From positions 11,842,001 through 11,906,000 of the forward strand of contig CAIIXF020000001.1 of assembly GCA_903813345.2 (NCBI GenBank): DNA of 64,000 bases, written 5' to 3'. The translations under genes were made by a program, and so were the position numbers. This stretch comes from Owenia fusiformis. Its lineage: Eukaryota. Position 1 is the first letter of the stretch, and the number at the start of each line of letters is the position of its first letter. Positions 53,001-64,000 of this stretch are shown one piece after another. The notes under the pieces were generated by a model that worked only from the letters and a program-made list of their open reading frames with translations, made no database searches and was not told the origin of the DNA.

Positions 53001-56000
53001 GTAACTGCAGATATAACACACAGAACTCCCTCCACGATGGACACAAACACAAGCACTACATTCATTGCTATTCTGGCCTCCTGAGAAAAACCATGCATCA
53101 TTATAAGTTAATGAAAACACAGAATGAAATCCTGTGCTAAGGGCTGAAGTGAAAAAGTCAGTCCACCCCAGTGGGGATCAAACCCACGACCCCTCACTTT
53201 CCAAGCAAGTGCTCTACCACTTAGCTACAAGACCGACTGGCCTTTTTGCATCAACATTGCATATATAGCATTGCAGCCATGTCTTACATGCCCATGCGAA
53301 AAGGGCATGTACAGGAGTACAGTATAAGTCCTTGTGCCCCCCTACACAGTACACTTGCTCCACATACGGTTGTGAAGTAAGTAGAAAAAAGGGAGTCCAA
53401 AGAATTGAAGCAAGACTAATATCCTATTGATTGCACTTTGAGAACTTAATATAAGGAAAAATTATTATTTAAAGTACAAACCAGTTAGTCTCTCTTTATC
53501 TAATGTACTCATCTAACAGAATGGAAATACTCACATTTTCCTTGCAGTGTCTGCTAACTACTGCATATGCCCATGAAAAATTACACATCACTCTATTATC
53601 ATTTGGGGAGTATATGATGAAATTATGCACATCAACCACTAGACCATAAGATGCTATTATGAAGAGGCTGACACATGCAACACACGCTGTCACAATAGAC
53701 ATCACCAGGAATGTGACAATCTGCAACAGAAAGAATATGTCACTGCTGCAGAAATAGAGTGTCCACATATTTCATGGTCAGTGTATTGTATTTGTACTTT
53801 GATGACTATGCCCCCCCCCCCCTATCAAAGTATTCAAACATATCCAAACATAGGGTATAAGCAGATTAAAGTGAATTCATATTGTTGTATTTCTTACCAG
53901 CCACTTTAGCTTTCTTTTGCCTGCAAAGACACCAACTACACCAGTCATGGTAAAGAACTGGAAAAAATAACAAAATGTTTGAAAAATGGTATCTGCTTAA
54001 ATGTTAGGGTTACTTACTCATAATTTATGATCATCTATTAAGAAGTATTCCCGGTGCATGTTGATTCAACATGTCAGGTGGTTATACTCTCTGATCATTA
54101 TGATCTCAATCAATTTTCTCTACTTTAGTGGCAGAATATATAGTATTGTAAAAAGCATACTAATCTTATATTTCATCTTAATTTCATTATATGGTAAAAA
54201 ATTGTTGTGAGATAACTGATCTGCTTTTAAGGTGCAGTGGTACTTAAAGACCCTAAACATGATGACATAACTTTTTCAGCCCTCTGAAAATGTGACTTGA
54301 AAATAGTTAAAAGTAGGAGCTTAGGAAAGGTCACTGAACAGAATCTTTTGATTTTTAAAATCAAAAGATTCTGTTCAGTGACCTTTCCTAAGCTCCTAAA
54401 ACAAACCAAAAACCTGAAAAGGTTATTTCATCATGTTTATGGTCATTCTGACCATGGACATCTTGATCCTTGTCTTGTAGATGATATGTGGAACTATTTG
54501 AATTGACTTGAGATCAAAAAAGAACTATGTTATCTTTGTTCAAAAAATGTTTAAAAATGCCACATTTTTTGTCACTTCCTGTTTTGTCATTTCCTGTTAA
54601 GTACCACTGCACCTTAATGTCACCACCACAAGTGATGACATATTGTTAAAGTCCAACTTTTTTTATGGATGGTGTACTGGGCACTTTAAGGAGACACTTT
54701 TTGATTTTCCATTCAAACCAGTCATTATTATATCAATCCAATGTATTTCACTAAGTTGTCGTCCAATGGTTGTACTTACACATAATCCACACCATATACC
54801 AGCCCCATGGTTAGCCCCAGCTGATCTCAAACCAATGGCAGCTGCGCCAAATGCTATAGCAATGATTCCAAATATGATCATAAGATATCCGAGCCAAATT
54901 GATCTTCTTCTATTGTAATGTTTCACCTGACCACACCATGGTATATTGTTTATATTATATGAAATACTCCGCTCAAGTTTCTTACTTTCATAAGACTCCA
55001 TTATTTTGTCTTGCTAAACGGTTATGCTGAAGTGGTTGCCGGATTTGATCAATTTTTTGTTGAGGTTGAATATATTCAGGTATTTGAATATGAGAGTATG
55101 TTCTTATACATAACCATGTGGAATCTTGTACTGTTATCCAGGGTTTGTACTCTTAACTGTGACAGCTGTAAAGGTGTTTTTATAAGTATCTTTATCAATA
55201 ATCATCAATTCCTCTCTGAGCTATTTTATTGTTCGGTATTGAGTAAAGAAAATTTTCTAGTATTCAACCTGTGAATTCCAGTTATTTCATGATATATAGC
55301 AGGTAGCAATGCGATATTAAAGTAAACAAGGTTATTATAACATGCTAGTGGTAAGTGTATTGAAGAGAATAGTGAATATTTTCAACCACTTGTTGCTTTT
55401 TATGCCTTGACCTTCTGCATAGACTCACAAAGTGATATTGTTTGTTGGGTGACGTTTTTTTACTCTCAAATATTGAAAACAGAAAACAAAAGTAAACACC
55501 ATATACAGTAAACTTTTAAATGTTTGGAACTACTTTGAATTTAAAAAATAAGCAATCAAATTACTATATTGCAACAGTATATAAAAAAAATAGAAACATA
55601 TGTACTTGTCCTAACTTTTGTATATTTCAGATAGTTATGTATAATGTGCAATAAAGCTGTGGCCTTTTGTAATTTAGGGAGTTTCAGCCATGTTAATTTT
55701 TCCGAAAATAACATGGCAGAGAAGCATCAAAATATTAGAGGCCACAGATATAATAGCTAAACTACAAAACAAACTAAAATATACAAAAGTTAGGACATGT
55801 ATAATAAATGTTTCTACTTTTACATTTACTGTTTCAATATGGTCCTTTGATTGCTTATTTTTTTTATTCAAAGTAGTTCCAAACATTTAAAATTTTACTG
55901 TAGCGCATGTAGTTAGAGCAGCAAAACATAAAGTTTGTTGTGGAATTAATAAATGTTAAGAAATTGCCTGAAATATATTTGGGGATTCACTTTCCTCATG

Positions 56001-59000
56001 ACTTGGCTTCACTCTTAGTGTTTTTCATGCCTACAACTCTATTTTACTGCATGTAATTTCTCTAAATTAGATTCAATTCATGTTGTACTTTTAGAGCTCT
56101 GAAGAATATCCAACCCACAATAAACAAAGTTACTCCAAAACTGTGTTTCCCCATATTTGGGGTCATGCGGTTGCATATTTAATCTCTTGACTAATGAATA
56201 TGTCTTGGATCCCCTGCTGAATACACAGAGTGAGGGAATCACAGACCCTAAAATGGCTCTAACTTTTGACAAATGATCAATTTACACAATTATGTATTAA
56301 AATGTGTATTATTGGTATATGTTCACTAATTTTATCAAAATGAACAAAATTAGACATAGTAAAATTGCGAAAACAATCAAAAAATGAAAAACTGGTATTC
56401 GAGGGGTTAATACAGATTTTTTGTATATTTTCAGCTTGCTTGATTTGTCATTCAATCGTATAAAAAAGATAGAAAATGTGGGTGACCTTCATAAAATAAA
56501 GAAGATCTTCTTTTCATCGAACAAAATCAGCAAGATTGAGAACCTGGATCACATGACAGAACTGGAAATGCTAGAGTTGGGTGCAAATAGAATTCGCGTA
56601 AGTAACAAACGTCATGATATTTAATACTGGTAGTAATCATCATATAATATATATTTTAACAATCAAAGTGTTTTACAGTTGGTTTATTAAGAGAACTATT
56701 TGCTTTACAATTTATGTATTAATACATTTCGAAGCTTATATAAAACAAAATATTTTGATTTGGGAGGTATCCTTTGGAAAACAAGATGCTCGAATGGTAA
56801 AATGTAGTATGACTTTTTTTTATTCTAATGCATTTTATATAGTATAACATACTCGCATGCTTGTTGTTTAGGTTATTGAAAATATCTCAACATTCACAAA
56901 GCTGACGGAGCTATTCCTTGGGAAGAATAAAATCACCACTATATGCAACCTGGATAGCTTGGTCAACCTCACTATATTAGATATACAGGTGAGTCTCATT
57001 TATGCCTTCATGTATACAAAAATAGGACTAGCATGATGAATTTTTGATGGATTGTCCACCTCAGTTTTTTTGTTTTTTTTATTAATTTCATTTAAACATA
57101 ATAACATTTTTACATATTCGTGTTCGTGACACCTACATAGGTACTGTAGATTGGGTTAATTTGGCGATTTTGCCATTTTTGGCATATTGGCGGCTATTTA
57201 ATTTGGCGGATATGCAAAAAATGTAAACGCAATGTTAAACTTACGCGCTGTTTGCGAATTACCATGTAAATGGGCATGTTTGGCTATGTTCATTTTTATC
57301 CCATCGAACGAATTAATATGGGTATTTCCTATAATTATTAATATATACTGGATTTTAACTTACCAAATATGACTTCAATATTAATATGGGTTTAAACCTA
57401 TAATAAATTAAATACTGGATATGACAAATAAATAAAATCAATTATAATCTACCTATATGATGTAGATATCCAAATGTTGGTCTGAATTTATCTTTGTGGA
57501 AAGATTGTATGCTTCAGTTGCTCTTTAACAAAACATGTGGGACAGTGTATCTATATATTACAAGACGTCCGTACTTCCGTACGTACGTCCGTACGTCCGT
57601 CCGGGCAATAACTCAAATACCGTTGGCCCGATTTTGTTCATATTTTGTACACATATACCCTATGGGTACCCATTGAAAAATGGCCGCCATTTGAACTTAT
57701 TTTACTATAACTCGAAAAGTAGTGGAGCGATTTTGTTCATATTTGGTATGTGAATATTATAAGCATGGCACACTGTCTAATGGCACTTTTGGTAGAAGGT
57801 GGCCATTTTGAAAAATGGCCACCATTTTAATGTATTTTACTATAACTCGAAAAGTAGGGGAGTGATTTTGTTCATATTTGGTATGTGAATACTATAAGCA
57901 TGGCACACTGTCTAATGATACTTTTGGTAGAAGATGGCCATTTTGAAAAATGGCTGCCATTTTTGCTACATACTTTGTTTGTAATAATGCCAGCCATGGA
58001 TGTTCGATGGGATTCGCAACGCTTTGGCGTTGCCGTTGTTCTGGTTTCTTTTGGGGACCACTTGCGATATTCACCATGTATGTACATTTTTATGAGAGAC
58101 ATTTTTTCATTGGAAAAAACTATACCGGAAGTGACCTAAATACACTGGTCGAAATACCCTTGATAATTCCCGGGGATTCATTCTAAATTTTGACGAAGAT
58201 TTATATTGGCAAATTTTTCAATTTCGCCAAGGCACCACATTAACCCAATCTACAGTATATAATTGACCACATTTAAAATCATTAATCTAAAATTTTCAAG
58301 TGCTTGAAAGTTTAACACAACATGACACTGGGTAAACCATAATTTGTCTCATGAATTAAAAACATTGGTAAAAAATAATGTACAATAAAGAGGATGGAAT
58401 CACCTCATGTTTGCTGGACATCAAAATCAGTATTTTGAAAATGTGTCATCTTTAAAAAGGCTTTTTAGTTTATAAATATTATTGGTAAGTTTAATAGTAT
58501 TAGGAATTTTGTTCCAGATAATTTCACCTTGTACTTTAAAACTGTATCTTAAGTAATATAATTGGTTTTGAATTTTAATTGTTACATGAACTTGTTCATT
58601 CTGTCTAGTGTAGAGTTGATGAACACTATTTTTTTGTCAAAGAAGTATATAAAAATGTCACCTGGAAAAGAATCGGGTCTGTTAATACATTTGTAATATT
58701 TGGAAAGTTGCAATGTTTGTCGCAGTTATGTATATGCAGTAAAACCTATGCACAGGAAACACTCTGTACTTGCTAGGGGTGTTCCTTGTAGACAAGTGTT
58801 TTTTACTGAAATGGTTAAATAACAAGTAAATTAATATTCTTTTGGAAACTGATGTTGCTTCAAAACAGGCATTCCTCCAGGTGTTCCATTAAACAGGTTT
58901 TACTGTACATCAATTTTAGGTCTTATAACCTTTATGTCTTTTACATTGTAAATGTAGTATTTAAAAAATTCAAAAGCTGGCCAGAAGTTAAATGTTGCTC

Positions 59001-62000
59001 CATGATTACATTTTTAGAGTAATCGCCTGCTAAAAGTTGAAGGACTTGAAAGTCTTGTGAACCTAGAACAGCTTTATCTCAGCCACAATGGAATCTCAGT
59101 CATAGAGGGACTGGACAAAAATGTAAGTATTATAATTACATAACCAAGCACCATTTTCTTTTAAAAATCATAGATATGAAGATATTTCTAATATCCCTGA
59201 AAAATATATTATGCATAACATTAGTTGGAAGATGATGTTCTTTATAGGAGTGAATATTTGCTTATTGAAGTCGAGGTATTTCTTACATGAATAAGTATAT
59301 TTTTCTGTCTCTAACTTAAAAGAGGCACAATACATAGAGACCGTGGCATAAATTATGTAATACAGTACTGTTTATGTAATTATTAAGTCCCTTTTGTATG
59401 GAGGTGATAGACTATTTCTTCAAAAATCATAATACACATATTGGAAATATGAGACATATTGTGGACATATAACTTTCAGTTAAAGCTCCAAACAGTGGAC
59501 CTAGCTGCCAACAGAATTGAGAAAATAGAAAACCTCAACCATCTAACAGAATTGGAGGAACTTTGGGTGAGTATTGGACAAACACTGAATAATATGGGTC
59601 TAATGAAAACATGTCTAGTGTCTTCACACTTACAGTAAATCCACATAAAATAATTTTTGCTGTGTATTCTTATTAAAATTCAGTGGGTGATAAAAAATAT
59701 TTTCTGCTAAGCATTTTTAATTGGACTTAACATCATCCAGGTATTCTTTACAGTCATAATTCTTCCCTTTGTATTACATGGGAAATCTGATTATATTGCG
59801 GTTCAAACTAAACACTAAAAAGGTTTTTATGTCACCACCAAAAGTGATGGGTCTAATGAAAACATGTCTAGTGTCTTCACACTTACAGTAAATCCACATA
59901 AAATAATTTTTGCTGTGTATTCTTATTAAAATTCAGTGGGTGATAAAAAATATTTTCTGCTAAGCATTTTTAATTGGACTTAACATCATCCAGGTATTCT
60001 TTACAGTCATAATTCTTCCCTTTGTATTACATGGGAAATCTGATTATATTGCGGTTCAAACTAAACACTTAAAAGGTTTTTATGTCACCACCAAAAGTGG
60101 TGACATATTGTTATGGTCTCCGTTTTTTTGCGACGACGGTTGGCGTCCGGCGGTTGGTGGTTGGAGGTTGGCGTCCGGCGTCTGTAACAATTTCTTACAA
60201 CTTCCTATAACTTAACAAATACTGTTTAGACTGACTTCAATTTTTTTCTAAATCATCTACATGATCTCAGAAGTTCAAATCTGACTTTAGATTTGACATT
60301 TGACCTTCAATGACCTTCTCAAGGTCAAAAAGGTCTTTTTTCAACTTGCTTCACATTGACTAAATTTTTTTTCAAAATCATCTACATGTTCTCAGAAATT
60401 CAAATCTGACTTTAGATTTGACATTTGACCTTCAAATCTGACTTTAGATTTGACATTTGACCTTCAATGACCTTCTCAAGGTCAAAAAAGGTCAAAAAGG
60501 TCTGTTTTCAACTTGCTTCAAATTGACTAAAAAATGTTTTCAAAATCATCTACGTGTTCTCAGAAATTCAAATCTGACTTTAGATTTGACTCAAGATTTG
60601 ACATTTGACCTTCAATGACCTTCTCAAGGTCAAAAAAGGTCAAAAAGGTCTGTTTTCAACTTGCTTCAAATTGACTAAAAAATGTTTTCAAAATCATCTA
60701 CGTGTTCTCAGAAATTCAAATCTGACTTTAGATTTGACTTAAGATTTGACATTTGACCTTCAATGACCTTCTCAAAGTCAAAAAAGGTCAAAAAGGTCTT
60801 TTTTCAACTTGCTTCAAATTGACTAAATTTTTTTTTCAAAATCATCTACATGTTCTCAGAAATTCAAATCTGACTTTAGATTTGACATTTGACCTTCAAT
60901 GACCTTCTCAAGGTCAAAAAAGGTCAAAAAGGTCTGTTTTCAACTTGCTTCAAATTGACTAAATTTTTTTTCAAAATCATCTACGTGTTCTCAGAAATTC
61001 AAATCTGACTTAAGATTTGACATTTGACCTTCAATGACCTTCTCAAGGTCAAAAAGGTCAAAAGGTCTGTTTTCAACTTGCGTCAAATTGACTAAAAAAG
61101 ATTTTCAAAATCATCTACGTGTTCTCAGAAATTCAAATCTGACTTTAGATTTGACTTAAGATTTGACATTTGACCTTCAATGACCTTCTCAAATTCAAAA
61201 AAGGTCAAAAAGGTCTTTTTTCAACTTGCTTCAAATTGACTAAATTTTTTTCAAAATCATCTACATGTTCTCAGAAATTCAAATCTGACTTTAGATTTGA
61301 CATTTGACCTTCAATGACCTTCTCAATGTCAAAAAAGGTCAAAAACGTATTTTTTCATCTTGCTTCAAATTGACTAAATTTTTTTTCAAAATCATCTACA
61401 TGTTCTCAGAAATTCAAATATGACTTTAGATTTGACATTTGACCTTCAATGACCTTCTCAAGGTCAAAAAAGGTCAAAAAGGTCTTTTTTCAACTTGCTT
61501 CAAATTGACTAAAAAAAAATTTCAAAATCATCTACGTGTTCTCAGAAATTCAAATCTGACTTTAGATTTGACTTAAGATTTGACATTTGACCTTCAATGA
61601 CCTTCTCAAAGTCAAAAAAGGTCAAAAAGGTATTTTTTCAACTTGCTTCAAATTGACTAAATTTTTTTTCAAAATCATCTACATGTTCTCAGAAATTCAA
61701 ATCTGACTTTAGATTTGACATTTGACCTTCAATGACCTTCTCAATGTCAAAAAAGGTCAAAAAGGTCTGTTTTCAACTTGCTTCAAATTGACCAAATTTT
61801 TTTTCAAAATCATCTACATCTTTTCAGAAGTTCAAATTTGACTTTACAAGTTCTCAGAAATTCAAATCTGACTTAAGTTTGAACTCATAATATTGTGAGC
61901 AACTAGGTGGTGACATTTTGTCATGTTAATGCCTTGTTCTTCTTGCAGATGATTTACATTGCTATTGGTATTGGTATTATAACAGCAATAACTCCTCGCT

Positions 62001-62283
62001 TTGTATTACATGAGAAATTTCGTTGCATGGGGGATTATATTATGATTCAAAATAAACAGTAAAACAAAATCTTTTTGTCTTGCAGTTAAATGACAACAAT
62101 GTTTCACAATGGGAGAATATTCTGCACCTGAAACCACTCACCAAACTAGAGACAGTCTATCTAGAACGTAACCCTATCTGGCGTGAAGAAAACAACCCAA
62201 CGAAAATTAATGTGAACTATAGACGTAAACTCATGCTTGATTTGCCACAGTTGAAACAAATTGACGCCACCTATTGTAGATAG
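41057..62283 (+). CDS. PPP1R7: Protein phosphatase 1 regulatory subunit 7 (Sds22), about 328 aa, 9 exons
   Basis: Exons 41057-41087, 43596-43681, 45982-46047, 47035-47168, 56435-56597, 56872-56988, 59018-59122, 59480-59566, 62086-62283 (987 nt). SDS22-type LRRs (LDLNHTRIGKIEKLE, LELGANRIRVIEN, LYLSHNGISVIEGL) and LRRcap C-terminus LETVYLERNP...YRRKLMLDLPQLKQIDAT. Confidence 0.93.
41616..42155. mobile_element. Fold-back MITE with CACTGCTA ends and 5-bp TSD, PPP1R7 intron 1
   Basis: Nearly the whole element is an imperfect inverted repeat with arms of about 250 bp; TSD ACCAT (41611-15, 42156-60). Confidence 0.85.
42170..42504. mobile_element. MITE with about 36-bp TIRs, abutting the fold-back element
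   Basis: GATTTTCGACATCTAAAAGGTCACTCGACTTTTTTG ... CAAAAAAGTCGAGTGACTTTTTAGATGTCGAAAATC; flanks CTAA/TTAA. Confidence 0.75.
42875..43525. repeat. 54-bp minisatellite, about 12 copies, PPP1R7 intron 1
   Basis: Unit ATTTTATGATCAATTGATTTAAATGAGGCAAAGAGGTGAATTATTACAATAATC. Confidence 0.95.
44183..44825. mobile_element. Non-autonomous element with a subterminal inverted repeat and a long terminal hairpin (Crypton-like architecture, tentative)
   Basis: TTATTATGCACCTC (44183) is inverted at 44663-44676, followed by hairpin 44676-44820 with loop TCGGCTACCGCCTC. Confidence 0.55.
45495..45858. mobile_element. CCCGG...CCGGG MITE with perfect 8-bp TSD
   Basis: CTTGATTA|CCCGGTGGTTTCACCCCAA ... TTGGAGTGAACCCCCCGGG|CTTGATTA. 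Confidence 0.8.
46131..46815. mobile_element. MITE with about 130-bp TIRs, PPP1R7 intron 3
   Basis: CCTGATGTCCAATCAA...GTGTTCCTGACA...CATGACTGAAATC inverted at 46690-46815. Confidence 0.75.
47294..47877. mobile_element. Tc1/mariner-type MITE (TA TSD) with a nested CAG...CTG element at 47355-47848
   Basis: TA|CAGAGTGAGCCAAAAAAGGTAACCCAAAC ... GTTTGGGTTACTTTTTTGGGTCACCCTG|TA; inner CAGCGCTTGCATTA ... TAATGCAAGCCCTG. Confidence 0.65.
48022..55001 (-). CDS. Tandem double MS4A/CD20-like membrane protein (about 408 aa, 8 predicted TM), nested antisense in PPP1R7 intron 4
   Basis: Exons 55001-54780, 53957-53898, 53720-53535, 53080-52967, 52338-52120, 51138-51079, 50649-50521, 48431-48318, 48144-48022 (1227 nt, all introns phase 0, GT-AG). 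Two copies of the CD20-like pattern GAGIW(C/S)GL-FF..TG..G..AGKRK-IV.FLV.SIV-N.VLVF.SIVEG.LCV.SAV.C. Confidence 0.8.
48918..50460 (+). mobile_element. HINE-like element with about 4 tandem units of about 345 bp
   Basis: TTTTAGCTCAC...GTGAGCT hairpin, (GTCC/GTCT) microsatellite, units recurring near 49010, 49358, 49695 and 50033, 3' palindrome GTGGG...CCCAC. Confidence 0.7.
51208..52060 (+). mobile_element. HINE-like element with about 160-bp tandem units
   Basis: ATCGCACCC-TT-GGGTGC hairpin, GGCGGGC tract, units TGTCTACAGGTTTCCA at about 51285, 51451, 51610 and 51770, 3' AGGGTGTGAT. Confidence 0.65.
53163..53234 (-). pseudogene. tRNA-derived sequence (SINE head or tRNA pseudogene)
   Basis: Minus strand reads GGTCTTGTAGCTAAGTGGTAGAGCACTTGCTTGGAAAGTGAGGGGTCGTGGGTTTGATCCCCACTGGGGTGG: A-box and B-box-like motifs, intact T stem, broken acceptor stem. 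Confidence 0.6.
54231..54613. mobile_element. TTAA-target MITE containing an 85-bp perfect palindrome
   Basis: TTAA|GGTGCAGTGGTACTTAA ... TTAAGTACCACTGCACC|TTAA; palindrome at 54314-54398. Confidence 0.82.
55506..55900. mobile_element. Tc1/mariner-type MITE (TA TSD) upstream of the nested MS4A-like gene
   Basis: TA|CAGTAAACTTTTAAATGTTTGGAACTACTTTGAAT ... ATTCAAAGTAGTTCCAAACATTTAAAATTTTACTG|TA. Confidence 0.8.
57142..58257. mobile_element. TACTGTA-ended MITE with a nested microsatellite/tandem-repeat element (about 57550-58010)
   Basis: TACTGTAGATTGGGTTAAT ... ATTAACCCAATCTACAGTA; inner (CGTA/CGTC)n followed by repeats spaced about 135 bp. Confidence 0.65.
59594..60099 (+). repeat. 253-bp direct tandem duplication
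   Basis: 59594-59846 equals 59847-60099 with one substitution seen (ACACTAAAAAGG vs ACACTTAAAAGG). Confidence 0.9.
60077..61940 (+). mobile_element. HINE-like element carrying about 12 copies of a 135-148-bp satellite; short relatives at 5622-5750, 36045-36160 and 54617-54670
   Basis: 5' TGTCACCACCAAAAGTGGTGACA hairpin, GGCGTCC/GGTT microsatellite, TCAAAATCATCTAC...TTGACCTTCAATGACC array 60230-61870, 3' GGTGGTGACA plus CATGTTAATGCCTTGTT. Confidence 0.75.
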
Positions 62284-62790
62284 TAGTGAAGGTGTTGATG
62301 TGGTATGGTACAATCACAGAAAATCAGGTTGATTGTTGACTTGTGACACATTGCTCATTGTTCTGAAGTATTTATTTCATTATGACTGTAATGTAGTGGA
62401 ATATGCATATGAGAGAATATTACATGCAGCTGAGTTATTAAGAGGACACTTTTATGATGTTGTGAAAAATTATTTGACATGTGGATGCAGTCAATACTGC
62501 CTCTGAAGATTATTCATTGGCCCATTCTAAATGCAAATTTGGATCTTAATATACAAAGGAAGTAATCAGAAGGAATATGAATCATAACACATATACAGAA
62601 TGGTATATTTTATAGTCGGATAATGGTTTTATTTGGGACACATTATATAGATGTAAATCATGCACTTCACATATTTAGAGATTTTGCAATTAGAATTGAT
62701 TATATCACATTAAATAAATCACACCTGGATATGCTGAAGTGAGCATTTCCCTTGTCAAAAAGAAACAAATTTTCAAGGGGCCATGCATAA

Positions 62791-63271
62791 CACCCCAGTC
62801 ACATTTGTCGTACGGAGGCAGTGCGTCGACCGCAGATCAATTAAATCAGTGTATTTCTGCAGCGAGCGAAGGAAAACTACGCTCACCTTGCAGCCTCCAT
62901 ACGGCGTATCCAGTTTTTTAAAGGCCGCAGGGTCGCTGTAGAAATTATAACTCAGAGTTATAATATTTGTTCATTTCTGAGGTCCCCGTAGAACTCAACT
63001 GGCTCAACAAGATTGAATCATTATTTGTGAATGTTTCACGATCACTTTTCATTTGATATTACATCCTAGCACTATTTATAAATTGTCCCGATGTAAATTA
63101 AATGAAAAAAGTATTATTTATCAACAGAAATTTAAAATTCACCATGTGGCTGCCGTCAGAAATGTGACTGCAAAAGTATGAGAGCGCAGAAATTCCACGA
63201 CGAGCGTAGAAATGTAACTGGCCGCAGAAATGATAGATCGCAAGGTCGCTGTAGGAAATGTGACTGGGGTG
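62791..63271. mobile_element. Harbinger-like MITE downstream of PPP1R7
   Basis: CACCCCAGTCACATTT ... AAATGTGACTGGGGTG, flanked by TAA/TTA. Confidence 0.65.
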
Positions 63272-64000
63272 TTAGTAGTTGAGAGTATACAAAATCTGGG
63301 AATGGTGATAGAAAATCAAGATACCATTTATTTATAGTGAGCACTGTAGAGTGTGCAATGTGTGAAGCAATCTTTTCAAAAATTATACCAATTTTTTGTC
63401 CAAATTATTCTGGGGTTTCAACACAAACAGCTCAATATGATATAAAATATTTTAAATGATTGGTAGTTATACCTCGTTTTGATTCCATGAGACCTCAAGA
63501 AGAATTTGTCATAGAAGGAATACAAGTAATATTCACAATTAATCTGGACAATTTTAAAATAGAGGAGTCCAAAAGGTTTCCAAAAAAGAGGCCATTTTTA
63601 GAAAATGTGCTGACTCTCTGATCTACATTTAGAGCTATTAGGTAGGCTATAGGCAATTTATTAAAAACAAAATGCAATTTTATTCTACATAAATGCTTAC
63701 TTTATTTTCCTCAGCAATGTTTGTAAAACAAATAAAATAAAACATTGATTTTTAAAAATGTTTTCACTTTTCTACTTACTATAATAACAAATCTTTAACA
63801 ATAATCCACACAAAGGGAGTATGTTACGCATCATGTAATTGGATGAATAAATAATACTTCATTGGTCAAATTGTGCAAAGTGTAGTCACGACCAAATAAA
63901 TGCTGGTCCCAAAGGATTTGCCTTGTGATGGTTCAGTATATTTCTCAGCAATAATCTTTTATTATTCCATCTATTTAATGACTATCCAGTGCATTCTTTT

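Noticed and set aside
53163-53234. Functional tRNA gene
   Set aside because: The acceptor stem is mostly mismatched or G-T, and the T-loop reads TTTGATC.

Overview
AT-rich, intron-containing animal genomic DNA. It looks like a marine invertebrate, probably lophotrochozoan, but the species cannot be determined from sequence alone. I spliced six protein-coding genes by hand from GT-AG sites: an intronless 809-aa LRR-only protein (+); a 6-exon secreted astacin-like protein that has lost its catalytic Glu and Met-turn Tyr (+); a Star-like FkbM-family methyltransferase (-); Elongin A with a large Ser/His/Lys/Asp repeat expansion (+); PPP1R7/Sds22 (+); and a 9-exon gene nested antisense in PPP1R7 intron 4 that encodes two MS4A/CD20-like tetraspan modules fused in frame (-). 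Non-coding DNA is crowded with non-autonomous DNA transposons. The best candidate for a new system is a set of CAC...GTG-ended elements with 5-bp target-site duplications, the Transib/RAG-like signature. One of them (26743-27882) has perfect 51-bp TIRs, a subterminal motif whose spacing differs by 10 bp between the two ends, and a decayed kelch-like (RAG2L-like?) frame facing an ATG-GCG|GTAAG stub. This may be an internally deleted RAG-like transposon, but that is an inference needing HMM and genome-wide tests. All gene models and family assignments are by eye, without database searches.
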